Source: a virus (taxonomy: Duplodnaviria; Heunggongvirae; Uroviricota; Caudoviricetes). From it: a stretch of DNA of 43,620 bases. This document shows, in pieces, positions 1-7,883 of this stretch; the first letter of the stretch is position 1, and the number at the start of each line of letters is the position of its first letter. The stretch is from the IMG/VR virus record IMGVR_UViG_3300045988_007060, positions 1 to 43,620 of that record; one strand, 5' to 3'. The position numbers were made by a program, and so were the translations under genes. Under the pieces are notes generated by a model that worked only from the letters and a program-made list of their open reading frames with translations, was not told the DNA's origin and searched no databases.

Positions 1-89
1 GCTGACGCTGAATACGATGACCATTCTGTTGTCGATTGCGACCCGTATCTTATGAAGGATGCCAGAGACTTTTTCCAGTTCAGCGTTAT

Positions 90-383
90 TCATTTACGGC
101 AACCTCCCTCAGAGTCGTCGGCACGAGCATCATGGTTCGATGCCGTTCTCATAAACAATTTGCCCTTACGCTGTAGCAAGTCCATCGTTACCGCACCGGC
201 CCCTGACTTATTAGGGCGACGCAGTAGGCTAAAATTCCATGCCCGTGCCTTTGTTACGTCTCTGGCGTTACACACCCACAAAGCGCCATTTTCTCTTAGT
301 TCCAGCAATTCAGAAATGTTGAAATTATTTACGGGAATAAACCCGCTAATGAACTGGCGTTCGCATTGAGGTAATTCTTCCAT
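90..383 (-). CDS. hypothetical protein
   Basis: ORF in - frame; ATG at 383 overlaps stop of upstream gene (TGATG); AAAAGGGG upstream. Competing + ORF 52-369 looks like off-frame translation. Confidence 0.4.
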   Translation of the reverse strand: MEELPQCERQFISGFIPVNNFNISELLELRENGALWVCNARDVTKARAWNFSLLRRPNKSGAGAVTMDLLQRKGKLFMRTASNHDARADDSEGGCRK

Positions 384-574
384 CACTTCGCCCCTTTTAA
401 TTTAAAATTGTTGCCTATTAGTGTTAAATTATCCCGGTAGGCGAACCCGTGTTTCTTTCTTACCAGGCCCCATACGTCAACCAGATTATCCTCGTCATAC
501 TCGTTCTCGTCCTGCAACACTAATACATATTGTCCGCCGCGTTTCGTTTTAACCAACTGACCCTTCTTAAACAT
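383..574 (-). CDS. hypothetical small protein (63 aa)
   Basis: ATG at 574 preceded by GAGGAG at 8-nt spacing; downstream of - strand promoter at 609-637. Confidence 0.55.
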   Translation of the reverse strand: MFKKGQLVKTKRGGQYVLVLQDENEYDEDNLVDVWGLVRKKHGFAYRDNLTLIGNNFKLKGAK

Positions 575-597
575 AACCCTCACTCCTCTGTCTCGTG

Positions 598-637
598 TCG
601 ATAAGTGAATAGTATCCTATTATGTTGGGGTGTGCAA
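598..637. promoter_or_regulatory. overlapping divergent sigma70-like promoters with shared dyad operator
   Basis: - strand: TTGCAC(637-632)-N17-TACTAT(614-609). + strand: TCGATA(598-603)-N17-TATGTT(621-626). Shared site GTGAATAGTATCCTATTAT. Confidence 0.55.
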
Positions 638-802
638 GAGAATAGTTACATTGCCGTTGTGATTCTTTCGTTTCTTAAAAGAGTACGCAACGCAGTGGGT
701 GGGCGTTAGCCCACCCCAGCGGAGTGAAGTACTCTCTACCTTGCTCACGGCAACTATAGAAACTTTTAATTATCAGTGACTTGGGTATTTAGGCGGGATT
801 AA

Positions 803-946
803 CAATAGACTTTGGCCCTTCCGAAAGCGCCAGCGGAACTACACTCAAGTGCCTAATGGCACGCGTTGCGTTCCCTGCCGCTCCGCGGTCGCTTGCGATA
901 TCTCACAAGCTCAGTGAAGCTTAGCATATTTTTAAGTAAAAGTCAA
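803..946 (+). repeat. structured noncoding element, copy A (second copy at 33390-33532)
   Basis: Same-orientation similarity to 33390-33532 (shared blocks GGCCCTTCCGAA, AACTACACTCA, CGCGGTCGCTTG, CACAAGCTCAG, GAGCTTAGCA, AAAAGTCAA); hairpins GTGCC-TAAT-GGCAC (849-862) and AAGCT-CAGTG-AGCTT (907-922). Confidence 0.6.
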
Positions 947-1053
947 TACAAGTAGCATCTTTTGTATCTTAGTAACTTTGTGTGGTGTTTTGGTTGCTTT
1001 TACATTCCCGCTATCCTATACTCAGCTTCACCAAACAAACAGGAGATATAAAA

Positions 1054-1236
1054 ATGCAACATTACATGACCCAGAATGAAGTAGCTGAGCGTATTGGGGT
1101 GACACGCCAGACAATTAATAACTGGTTGCGCAGTGGTAAATTCCCGGATTGTTGTATTAAGGTTATGGGTCGCCGTTTACCAGGAACATTTGACCGTAAT
1201 AAAGTTGAAGCGTGGATTAAGGAGAACGTGAAATGA
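1054..1236 (+). CDS. HTH DNA-binding protein (AlpA/excisionase-like)
   Basis: MQHYMTQNEVAERIGVTRQTINNWLRSGKFP is a typical phage AlpA-type HTH; AGGAG RBS before ATG 1054. Confidence 0.7.
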   Translation: MQHYMTQNEVAERIGVTRQTINNWLRSGKFPDCCIKVMGRRLPGTFDRNKVEAWIKENVK

Positions 1237-1523
1237 AAGGTGTAATTTTCCACGATAAAGAGAACGACAATGCTTATATGGTTTATTTAGTGCAAGGCGA
1301 GTACGCGTTGTGCTTTAACGTTTCTTGTAAGCTGGACTCTTATTCACCGTTTTGCGTTACAGAAGAATTGCAGTTGATTAGCCTCCGAAGACTCAGCACA
1401 ATGTCGGCCTCCATCGATGTCTCGGACCACTTAGCGTACGTTTGTCAGTATTTCGGTTATGAGATAGTCGTAGATTATTATCGTAAGTACGCGCATTTGA
1501 TGGAATGTCTGGCTAAAAGATAA
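1233..1523 (+). CDS. hypothetical protein
   Basis: ATGA start/stop overlap with upstream gene; AAGGAG RBS. Confidence 0.55.
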   Translation: MKGVIFHDKENDNAYMVYLVQGEYALCFNVSCKLDSYSPFCVTEELQLISLRRLSTMSASIDVSDHLAYVCQYFGYEIVVDYYRKYAHLMECLAKR

Positions 1524-1582
1524 AAGAAAGCCCCGACGCGGTGAACGCTGAGGCCAAATTACTTGCTGAAGGAATATACAAC

Positions 1583-3844
1583 ATGTCCGATGTAATTTTA
1601 TCCTACTCGTGGTCTCGTCGCAACGCGCGGGCGGAGAAAAAGGATATAAACGTCAGAACCACACACACGGCAACACTGGACGACCTGAAAGAGTTAATCC
1701 AGCCGCTTGATGCCGTTCGCGATGGGATTAACCCGAAGACCGCGCCCGGTTATATTACCGCCGCTTGTGACTCAACGCACAGCACCGTAAAAGACCCGGA
1801 AACCGGTGACTTTAAGCAAGCGCGTAAAGGCTTCTTCTATCGCTGTGACGCGTCTGTAAGAAAATCGTCACTGGCGTATCTGGACTTCGACAGCGCAACG
1901 CCGGAAGAGTATCGGGAAGCGGTGCGTCTGGTTAAGCGCAGCCGACAGGTGATGTGCCTCTATACCACGGCATCCCATACCGACGAGTCACCGCGCTTTC
2001 GCGTCGTCATGCCGCTGGCCCGCCCGGTTGAAGGGGGTGACATCATCCGTGTTCGCCACGGATTGCTGGAGCACTTCTTCAAAGGCATGGGTGCCGACCG
2101 CAGCGGGTTTACGCTGTCTCAGCCGATGTACCTGCCACCGGTTGGCTCTACCGTTATCTGGTCTCGTCGCAACGACCTGATTGACCCGGACGAGTTGCTG
2201 GAAGGTATCCCCGCCGTTGACGTTAGCAGCGCATCTGACTACCAGATACCGGAAGAACTGCGCACCGCGTTTACCGATGCGTTTGAAGCACTGGCTTTTG
2301 AATACGGCGGCATCATGACGCCGCGCGGTCTGAAAATGCCAGCTACGCCGGAACACGCAGAAAACTACAGCGACCCGACGCCACGCCCGGACGACTTCCT
2401 GTTGTGCTTCCCGCGTGAAGGGTATGAGGCGCCTAACGTAACCATGATTCACGACACTGACATCACGGCAACAGAAGGCATGTCGCCGAAAGATGTGTGG
2501 AAGTACGCGTGCGATGCGACCGGGCTGCCGTTCAGTGAAGTGGCTGAGGCCATCGGCTGGGGTGCGCGTGAATCTGTTTCATGCAGCCTGGACGACCTGG
2601 AAGACGAGGACTCAGAGGACGAGTTACCGGAACCGGTAAAGGCTGATTTCGTCGTTGAGGGGTACATGCCGTCGGATTGTATCTGGGATATTGTCGGGGA
2701 ATCCGGCACGTACAAATCATTCTATACGCTCGGGATGATGTGCATTAGTGCCGCCGGATACCGGTTTGCCGGGGCAGATACCCAGCGTTGCCACCATTTC
2801 TATATCGACGGTGAAGGTGGCGCCGCTACGCGCACACGTATTGACGCACTCGCGGCTAAATATGGCGAGGAAGGTAAAGATTATGTACATGTTATCGACA
2901 TGGGTGAAGTCGGCAAACTGAAAAACCTGATTAAGTTGATGCGTGAAACCGCTGGCGACGAGCCAATTGGGATGGTCGCGTTCGACACCCTTAACCAGAC
3001 CCTGGCTCTGACGATTGATAAGTTCGATGAGAACAGTTCATCAACGGCAATCGGCATGGGTAAAGTTATTGCCATCCTGAAAGAAGTACGTGATGCGACT
3101 AAAGCCGCGGTAGGCGTCGTCCACCATACGCCGAAAGGTGGAAAGAAGGCCCGTGGCAGCGGGGCGCTGTATGCAGGTGTAGACGTAGAACTGACAATTG
3201 AGCGTGCAACAGACCGCCAGATAAACGTATACCACTCTAAATTCAAACACGGACCGCAACAGAAGACGGTTGGTATGGTGCTGGAGTCTGTACAGTTCCG
3301 TGAAGCGCCGCCGCCGAAAGAGTACCGCGCGGTTGAGTTCCCTGGCGGCACCGAGGAATACGGCACAATCGTAAACCTCGACCTGCCGGAGCCACACAAG
3401 GCGCTTGTGCTGATGCCGTGGGGCTTCGAGCCGTTCAAGACCGACGAGGAGAAAGAGCGGGAAGAAGGGCTGACAAAGGAAGGTAAAGAAAACGTACGCA
3501 AAACTGTAGAGAACGCTGTCAACAGTTCAGAGGCTACGATACTCGCAGCGTTTGAACTGGCGGAAGGAACTTACAAAGGCAACGAAGGTATCACGGTAGC
3601 CGCAGCGAATAAGCTAGCACAGTCTGACCCTAACGCAAAGGCGTTCAACTCCAAAGAAGCCATAGAACGCGGGAAGATTAAGAAAATGGTTGAGGCCGGG
3701 TATCTCGTACCCGGGACTGACGAAAACAATCAGATAATCCCGGGTCGTTACCGGCTGAACACCCGGATAACGGATAACAAGATTCCGAAGACAATATACG
3801 AACCGAATGAAATGTTAACAGTGACAGAGGAGGATTTGGAATGA
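1583..3844 (+). CDS. bifunctional primase-polymerase (AEP) / RecA-like replicative helicase
   Basis: N-terminus has AEP primase motifs (LAYLDFDS DxD; YTTASHTDE SxH); C-terminus has Walker A GESGTYKS, Walker B-like MVAFDTL and HHTPKGG. Start may be GTG 1541 or ATG 1583 (GAAGGA RBS). Confidence 0.8.
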   Translation: MSDVILSYSWSRRNARAEKKDINVRTTHTATLDDLKELIQPLDAVRDGINPKTAPGYITAACDSTHSTVKDPETGDFKQARKGFFYRCDASVRKSSLAYLDFDSATPEEYREAVRLVKRSRQVMCLYTTASHTDESPRFRVVMPLARPVEGGDIIRVRHGLLEHFFKGMGADRSGFTLSQPMYLPPVGSTVIWSRRNDLIDPDELLEGIPAVDVSSASDYQIPEELRTAFTDAFEALAFEYGGIMTPRGLKMPATPEHAENYSDPTPRPDDFLLCFPREGYEAPNVTMIHDTDITATEGMSPKDVWKYACDATGLPFSEVAEAIGWGARESVSCSLDDLEDEDSEDELPEPVKADFVVEGYMPSDCIWDIVGESGTYKSFYTLGMMCISAAGYRFAGADTQRCHHFYIDGEGGAATRTRIDALAAKYGEEGKDYVHVIDMGEVGKLKNLIKLMRETAGDEPIGMVAFDTLNQTLALTIDKFDENSSSTAIGMGKVIAILKEVRDATKAAVGVVHHTPKGGKKARGSGALYAGVDVELTIERATDRQINVYHSKFKHGPQQKTVGMVLESVQFREAPPPKEYRAVEFPGGTEEYGTIVNLDLPEPHKALVLMPWGFEPFKTDEEKEREEGLTKEGKENVRKTVENAVNSSEATILAAFELAEGTYKGNEGITVAAANKLAQSDPNAKAFNSKEAIERGKIKKMVEAGYLVPGTDENNQIIPGRYRLNTRITDNKIPKTIYEPNEMLTVTEEDLE

Positions 3845-4155
3845 ATATCTACGATTTTATAGATAACCCATTTAAAGCAGTGAAGGCAGGATACCGCCCG
3901 TCATACCTGACATGTGTTTCCGCGGTAAGCGGCCACTGGTGGACTTTTTGTGTTTACACGGCGGGGATTTTTGCGGAGTTTAAAGACATTTTAGATATGA
4001 CGCTGGCGGAGATTATAAAGTGCCTTTTCAAGTTGATTATCGCGATAACTATTGTAATAAGTTTTCCTGTAAGTGTGTGGTTTCTGGCCTGGATTCAGTA
4101 CCTGAACGTGCAACACACGGTTAAGAATTTGGAAGAACTCGATAAGTTGCAATAA
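3841..4155 (+). CDS. small membrane protein
   Basis: GAGGAGG RBS, ATGA overlap with primase stop; hydrophobic segment LFKLIIAITIVISFPVSVWFLAWI. Confidence 0.5.
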   Translation: MNIYDFIDNPFKAVKAGYRPSYLTCVSAVSGHWWTFCVYTAGIFAEFKDILDMTLAEIIKCLFKLIIAITIVISFPVSVWFLAWIQYLNVQHTVKNLEELDKLQ

Positions 4156-4168
4156 AAAGAAAGGGGCG

Positions 4169-4384
4169 TTAAACCCCTTCACCGAACGCCAGCCACTTGG
4201 CGTCTACTTGCAGCACTTCTGCCAGTTTAAACAGCGTCGCCGGGCGTACGTCCTGAGTTACCCCAAGCGCAAGCTGGTTAATTGCGCCCTGGGAAACGCC
4301 AGCCATGACAGCCAGACGGCGCTGGGAGATGCCAAGTTCTTTACGGCGTTGTTCTACACGGATGCCTAGTTCAGATGGTTGCAT
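4169..4384 (-). CDS. XRE-family HTH transcriptional regulator (Cro/CI-type, 71 aa)
   Basis: RRKELGISQRRLAVMAGVSQGAINQLALG is a canonical XRE HTH; AAGGAG RBS; divergent from early promoter 4449-4477; hairpin with T-run on - strand at 4162-4178. Confidence 0.8.
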   Translation of the reverse strand: MQPSELGIRVEQRRKELGISQRRLAVMAGVSQGAINQLALGVTQDVRPATLFKLAEVLQVDAKWLAFGEGV

Positions 4385-4404
4385 GTCAATTACTCCTTAG
4401 TTAG

Positions 4405-4433
4405 TTGATATGTGAATAGTACCATATTAATTA
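4405..4433. promoter_or_regulatory. operator copy in repressor-proximal intergenic region
   Basis: TGTGAATAGTACCATATTAA matches the operator motif; sits between the repressor start and the rightward promoter. Confidence 0.4.
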
Positions 4434-4448
4434 TTTTAGAAAAGCCCG

Positions 4449-4477
4449 TTGACACGTGAATAGTTCGCTATTATAGT
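4449..4477 (+). promoter_or_regulatory. sigma70-like early promoter with embedded operator
   Basis: TTGACA(4449-4454)-N17-TATAGT(4472-4477); spacer carries GTGAATAGTTCGCTATTAT dyad. Confidence 0.65.
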
Positions 4478-4508
4478 TAGCACATACCAAACGAGAGGAG
4501 AGAAACAA

Positions 4509-5000
4509 ATGTTAGAGAAATTCTTAGTATTACTGGAACGTTTCGTGGTTGCACATGAACTGATTGCTGCGAATAGTGCGAAACAGTTCGCGCCAACTAC
4601 TGCCAAAGAGGCTGCCGCAGTAGCCGCACATAAAATTGAGCAGTTCTCTGAAAGTATTAAAGAAGAAACAAAAGAAATCCCGGTGGAAGGCGAAGACATC
4701 GTTGACACTAAACCAGCAGAAGAAGAGAAGCCAAAACGCAAGCCGCGTAAAGCTAAAGCAGAGGAGCCGACGCCAGAGCCGGAAGAAGAAGTCGATTACC
4801 AGTCTCTGCGCGACCAGATTCAGGCTATCGATGATGCGATTAACGAAGGCCCTAGCGACGCCGCGTGCGATGACTCTGATGAACTGCTGGAAGAGTTCAC
4901 CGGTAAGAAGATGAAGATTGCCGCGATTAAAGACGAAGACCTTGCCGAGTACCTGGAACGTCTGACGGCAATCAAGAACAAGTATTTCGAAGAAGAATAA
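4509..5000 (+). CDS. acidic early protein, unknown function
   Basis: GAGAGGAGAG RBS; E/D-rich sequence with a central K/R-rich patch; first gene after the early promoter. Confidence 0.6.
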   Translation: MLEKFLVLLERFVVAHELIAANSAKQFAPTTAKEAAAVAAHKIEQFSESIKEETKEIPVEGEDIVDTKPAEEEKPKRKPRKAKAEEPTPEPEEEVDYQSLRDQIQAIDDAINEGPSDAACDDSDELLEEFTGKKMKIAAIKDEDLAEYLERLTAIKNKYFEEE

Positions 5001-5007
5001 CTATCTC

Positions 5008-5026
5008 GCGGCCTTCGGGCCGCTTT
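5008..5026 (+). terminator. hairpin, possible terminator/attenuator
   Basis: GCGGCC-TTCG-GGCCGC followed by TTT. Confidence 0.4.
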
Positions 5027-5043
5027 AACTGAGGGTCGGAAAT

Positions 5044-5316
5044 ATGATTTACCAACTCTACCGCGCCGTAGACAGGCGGGATACCACAGAGGCGCTATGG
5101 CTGTTACGTGCGCCGTCCGGTGCTCACCAGATGGAAGAGATGGCGTACTTAGGCAAAGTACCATGGCCTAAAGATATAGGCCGTCACGTGTCTCAGATTA
5201 AGCGCACGACGTTCGTCAAGCCTGACTTTTATGTCTTCGAGTCGATGTATAGCTGGGCTATGCACTGCGAACATAAGACACGACATTTAATTGACCAGTG
5301 GGAGAGCAGGGTATGA
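5044..5316 (+). CDS. hypothetical protein
   Basis: ATG at 5044 after GAGGGTCGG; stop overlaps next start (ATGA). Confidence 0.5.
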   Translation: MIYQLYRAVDRRDTTEALWLLRAPSGAHQMEEMAYLGKVPWPKDIGRHVSQIKRTTFVKPDFYVFESMYSWAMHCEHKTRHLIDQWESRV

Positions 5317-5810
5317 ACTGGCATGAAGTTTTTGACTACGACCCTGATACCGGTAAATTATTTTGGAAAATAAGTCCGTCAAAATCTGTAAAAATAGGGC
5401 AAGAAGCTGGCAGTACGAGGGAGGACAACGACGGGAGTGAATTTAAAATACTACGTTTTAACGGGACTACTAAACTTATCCACCACGTAGTTTGGGAGAT
5501 GTTTAACGGGGTGATAGCGCCCGGGGAAGTAATTCGTCATAAAAATAAAGATAGAACTGATAACAGAATAGAAAATCTTATAAAAATGCGTCGGGGAAGT
5601 ATCGCACACGGCACAAACATACGGACCGACAATACTTCAGGGGTTAAAGGTGTTGGGTTTCATAAACGCTACGGTAAGTGGGTCGCTAGAATTTATGTAG
5701 ACGGCAGGCCGATTTATTTAGGGGCTTACGATAAGTTAGAGAACGCGGCTAAGGCTCGTAGGCAAGCCGAGATTAAATATGGGTTTACAGTTAACGGAGC
5801 TGAGAAATGA
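5313..5810 (+). CDS. HNH homing endonuclease with AP2-like DNA-binding domain
   Basis: HHVVWEMFNG...HKNKDRTDNRIENL (HNH) and SGVKGVGFHKRYGKWVARIYVDGRPIYLG (AP2-like); GGAG RBS; paralog of 25860-26333. Confidence 0.8.
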   Translation: MNWHEVFDYDPDTGKLFWKISPSKSVKIGQEAGSTREDNDGSEFKILRFNGTTKLIHHVVWEMFNGVIAPGEVIRHKNKDRTDNRIENLIKMRRGSIAHGTNIRTDNTSGVKGVGFHKRYGKWVARIYVDGRPIYLGAYDKLENAAKARRQAEIKYGFTVNGAEK

Positions 5811-7108
5811 TTCTTAAAGAACGTGGCGGCAATAACGATGTGCACGCCTTACTGTCACCGTCAGGCGCTAAAAAGTGGCTAAGCTGTGCTGCATCACTGG
5901 CCTGTGAGAAAGATATTCCTAACACGTCCGGTAAAGCTGCGGTATTAGGCACAGCCATGCACACCATAGCGGAGGTCCATCTAAACGCCTATATCCGTGG
6001 CACTGCATTGCCGTTAGGGCGTGAAGTTGGCGCTTACGTGCTGGATGAAGGCAAAGGCCAGATTAAGGCGCTAATCAGCCCGATGAAAGGCGCGGTACTG
6101 ATTACGGCTGACATGATTGAGCAGGTGCGTAAGTACACCGATTACTGCAAAGCTATTATCGACGTGGCTACTTACGCCAAGCTGGAAATGTGCGTCAATC
6201 TTACTGAGGTATTGCATCCTGGCTACATTCATAGCCCTAACGGACGGCAAGAAGAACTACAGACATTCGGAACTTCTGACCTTGTTGCCGTACAGGAGAT
6301 GGCAAACACCGACGAGCACATGCTCATTATTGGCGACCTGAAAACAGGACGACATCGTGTCGAAGCGAAAGAAAACAAACAGCTTATGCTTTACGCTCTC
6401 GGTGTTTATCGCCGTCTCAAGAGACGTTATAACATAACAACTGTTCGTCTGGTAATCTTCCAACCGTACGCTGGTGGGGCGTCGGAGTGGGACATCTCGG
6501 TTGAAGGTCTGGAACTGTTCGCTAAGTTCGCACGGAAACGTGCACTGTTGGCGCTTGATGCATATTTCCGCGGCAAGAAGAACCTGAAAGCGTCGGACTT
6601 CAGGCCGTCGGTCGATGGCTGCCAGTGGTGTCGGTTCTCTGAACAATGCGCCGTGCGTACAAAGACGGTTAACGCAGTACTGGCAGAAGAACTGGAGGAC
6701 GACTTTGCACTGGAACTGACACCAGAGCAACTCGTAGCTGAGTACGAGAAGTTGCCGTTGTTGCGCCAGCACATCGACAAGGTTGAGAAAGCTATGGCCG
6801 CCGCTTTGCATTCCGGTAAGAAAGTGCCGGGGTATAAGCTGGTTGAAGGTCGTCCGGGTAATCGTAGCTGGAGTGATGAAAAATGGGTCGAAGAACTAGC
6901 AGCGCGCCATAACGTAGACATGGATTTGCTAACAAAGAAATCTGTTATGTCACCAACGGAAGCGGAAAAAGTGTTAAAAGGCGCGTATGCCAGGATGTGG
7001 GCCGAACTGGAAACGAAAGTTACTCGTAAGCCAGGCGCGCCATGCGTCGCAACGGCAGACGACAAACGGCCTGAGTGGAATCAGGTTAGTGAAGAAGATT
7101 TAGAATAA
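5807..7108 (+). CDS. PD-(D/E)XK Cas4/RecB-like exonuclease (DUF2800-type)
   Basis: IGDLKTGRHRV..QLMLYALGV nuclease core plus C-terminal Cys cluster DGCQWCRFSEQC; position upstream of DUF2815 and PolA. Confidence 0.75.
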   Translation: MILKERGGNNDVHALLSPSGAKKWLSCAASLACEKDIPNTSGKAAVLGTAMHTIAEVHLNAYIRGTALPLGREVGAYVLDEGKGQIKALISPMKGAVLITADMIEQVRKYTDYCKAIIDVATYAKLEMCVNLTEVLHPGYIHSPNGRQEELQTFGTSDLVAVQEMANTDEHMLIIGDLKTGRHRVEAKENKQLMLYALGVYRRLKRRYNITTVRLVIFQPYAGGASEWDISVEGLELFAKFARKRALLALDAYFRGKKNLKASDFRPSVDGCQWCRFSEQCAVRTKTVNAVLAEELEDDFALELTPEQLVAEYEKLPLLRQHIDKVEKAMAAALHSGKKVPGYKLVEGRPGNRSWSDEKWVEELAARHNVDMDLLTKKSVMSPTEAEKVLKGAYARMWAELETKVTRKPGAPCVATADDKRPEWNQVSEEDLE

Positions 7109-7112
7109 AGTG

Positions 7113-7141
7113 TTGACACCTGAATAGTTAGCTATTATAGT
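7113..7141 (+). promoter_or_regulatory. sigma70-like promoter with embedded operator
   Basis: TTGACA(7113-7118)-N17-TATAGT(7136-7141); spacer CCTGAATAGTTAGCTAT. Confidence 0.65.
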
Positions 7142-7195
7142 TCTAATCACTGGCCGGGCAGTTTCCCGGAGTAAACTTAAAAGCGAGAAATCAAG

Positions 7196-7822
7196 ATGGG
7201 ACTGAAATTAAATCTACGTAAAGTAAACACTGCATGGGTTAACGTATTCGAACGCGAAAAAGACCGTGAAAACGATGATGGCTCAATCACTAAAGGCCAG
7301 TACAGCGCGACTATTATCCTGCCATCTGACCATGCTCAAATCGATGCGCTCTACGACACTGTTTACGCTGTAGTTGAAGAAGCGTTAGGTGCAGCCGCCG
7401 CCGAGAAATGGATGAAGTCGAACTACGGCGAAGGCAAGCACATGGATAAATGCGCGATTAAAGACATTGCCGAGCGCGACAATCCGTTTGAAGACTTCCC
7501 GGAAGGATTCTACTTCAAAGCGAAGGCACAGAAACAGCCGCTGATTGTAACCTCTAAAAAAGGTGAGACTCAGGTAGAGCAGGACTTCAATGTAGACGGC
7601 GAACAGATTGAAGGTGAACAGGTTTACAGCGGCTGTGTCGCCAACGTAAGCGTTGAAATCTGGTTTAGCCAGAAATATAAAGTCCTCGGCGTTAACCTGC
7701 TGGCAATTAAATACGTCGGCGAAGGTAAAGCGTTCGGCGGTTCTAAAGTTGCTGCAAGCGTTAATGACCTGGAAGACGACGAAGAAGATGGAGCACCGCG
7801 CCGTGAACGTCGTCGCCGTTAA
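7196..7822 (+). CDS. DUF2815-type ssDNA-binding protein
   Basis: Acidic C-terminal tail (DLEDDEEDG) then RRERRRR; conserved position between DUF2800 and PolA. Confidence 0.65.
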   Translation: MGLKLNLRKVNTAWVNVFEREKDRENDDGSITKGQYSATIILPSDHAQIDALYDTVYAVVEEALGAAAAEKWMKSNYGEGKHMDKCAIKDIAERDNPFEDFPEGFYFKAKAQKQPLIVTSKKGETQVEQDFNVDGEQIEGEQVYSGCVANVSVEIWFSQKYKVLGVNLLAIKYVGEGKAFGGSKVAASVNDLEDDEEDGAPRRERRRR

Positions 7823-7842
7823 TATCTGAATCAATTTAACTA

Positions 7843-7864
7843 AGGCCCTTCATTGGGCCTTTTT
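7843..7864 (+). terminator. rho-independent terminator
   Basis: AGGCCC-TTCATT-GGGCCT followed by TTTT. Confidence 0.6.
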
Positions 7865-7883
7865 ACTAAGGGTCGAAAATAAT

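Noticed and set aside
52-369. 105-aa + strand ORF at the window start
   Set aside because: Sequence reads like off-frame translation; the overlapping - strand ORF (90-383) is coupled to the upstream gene and has an RBS.
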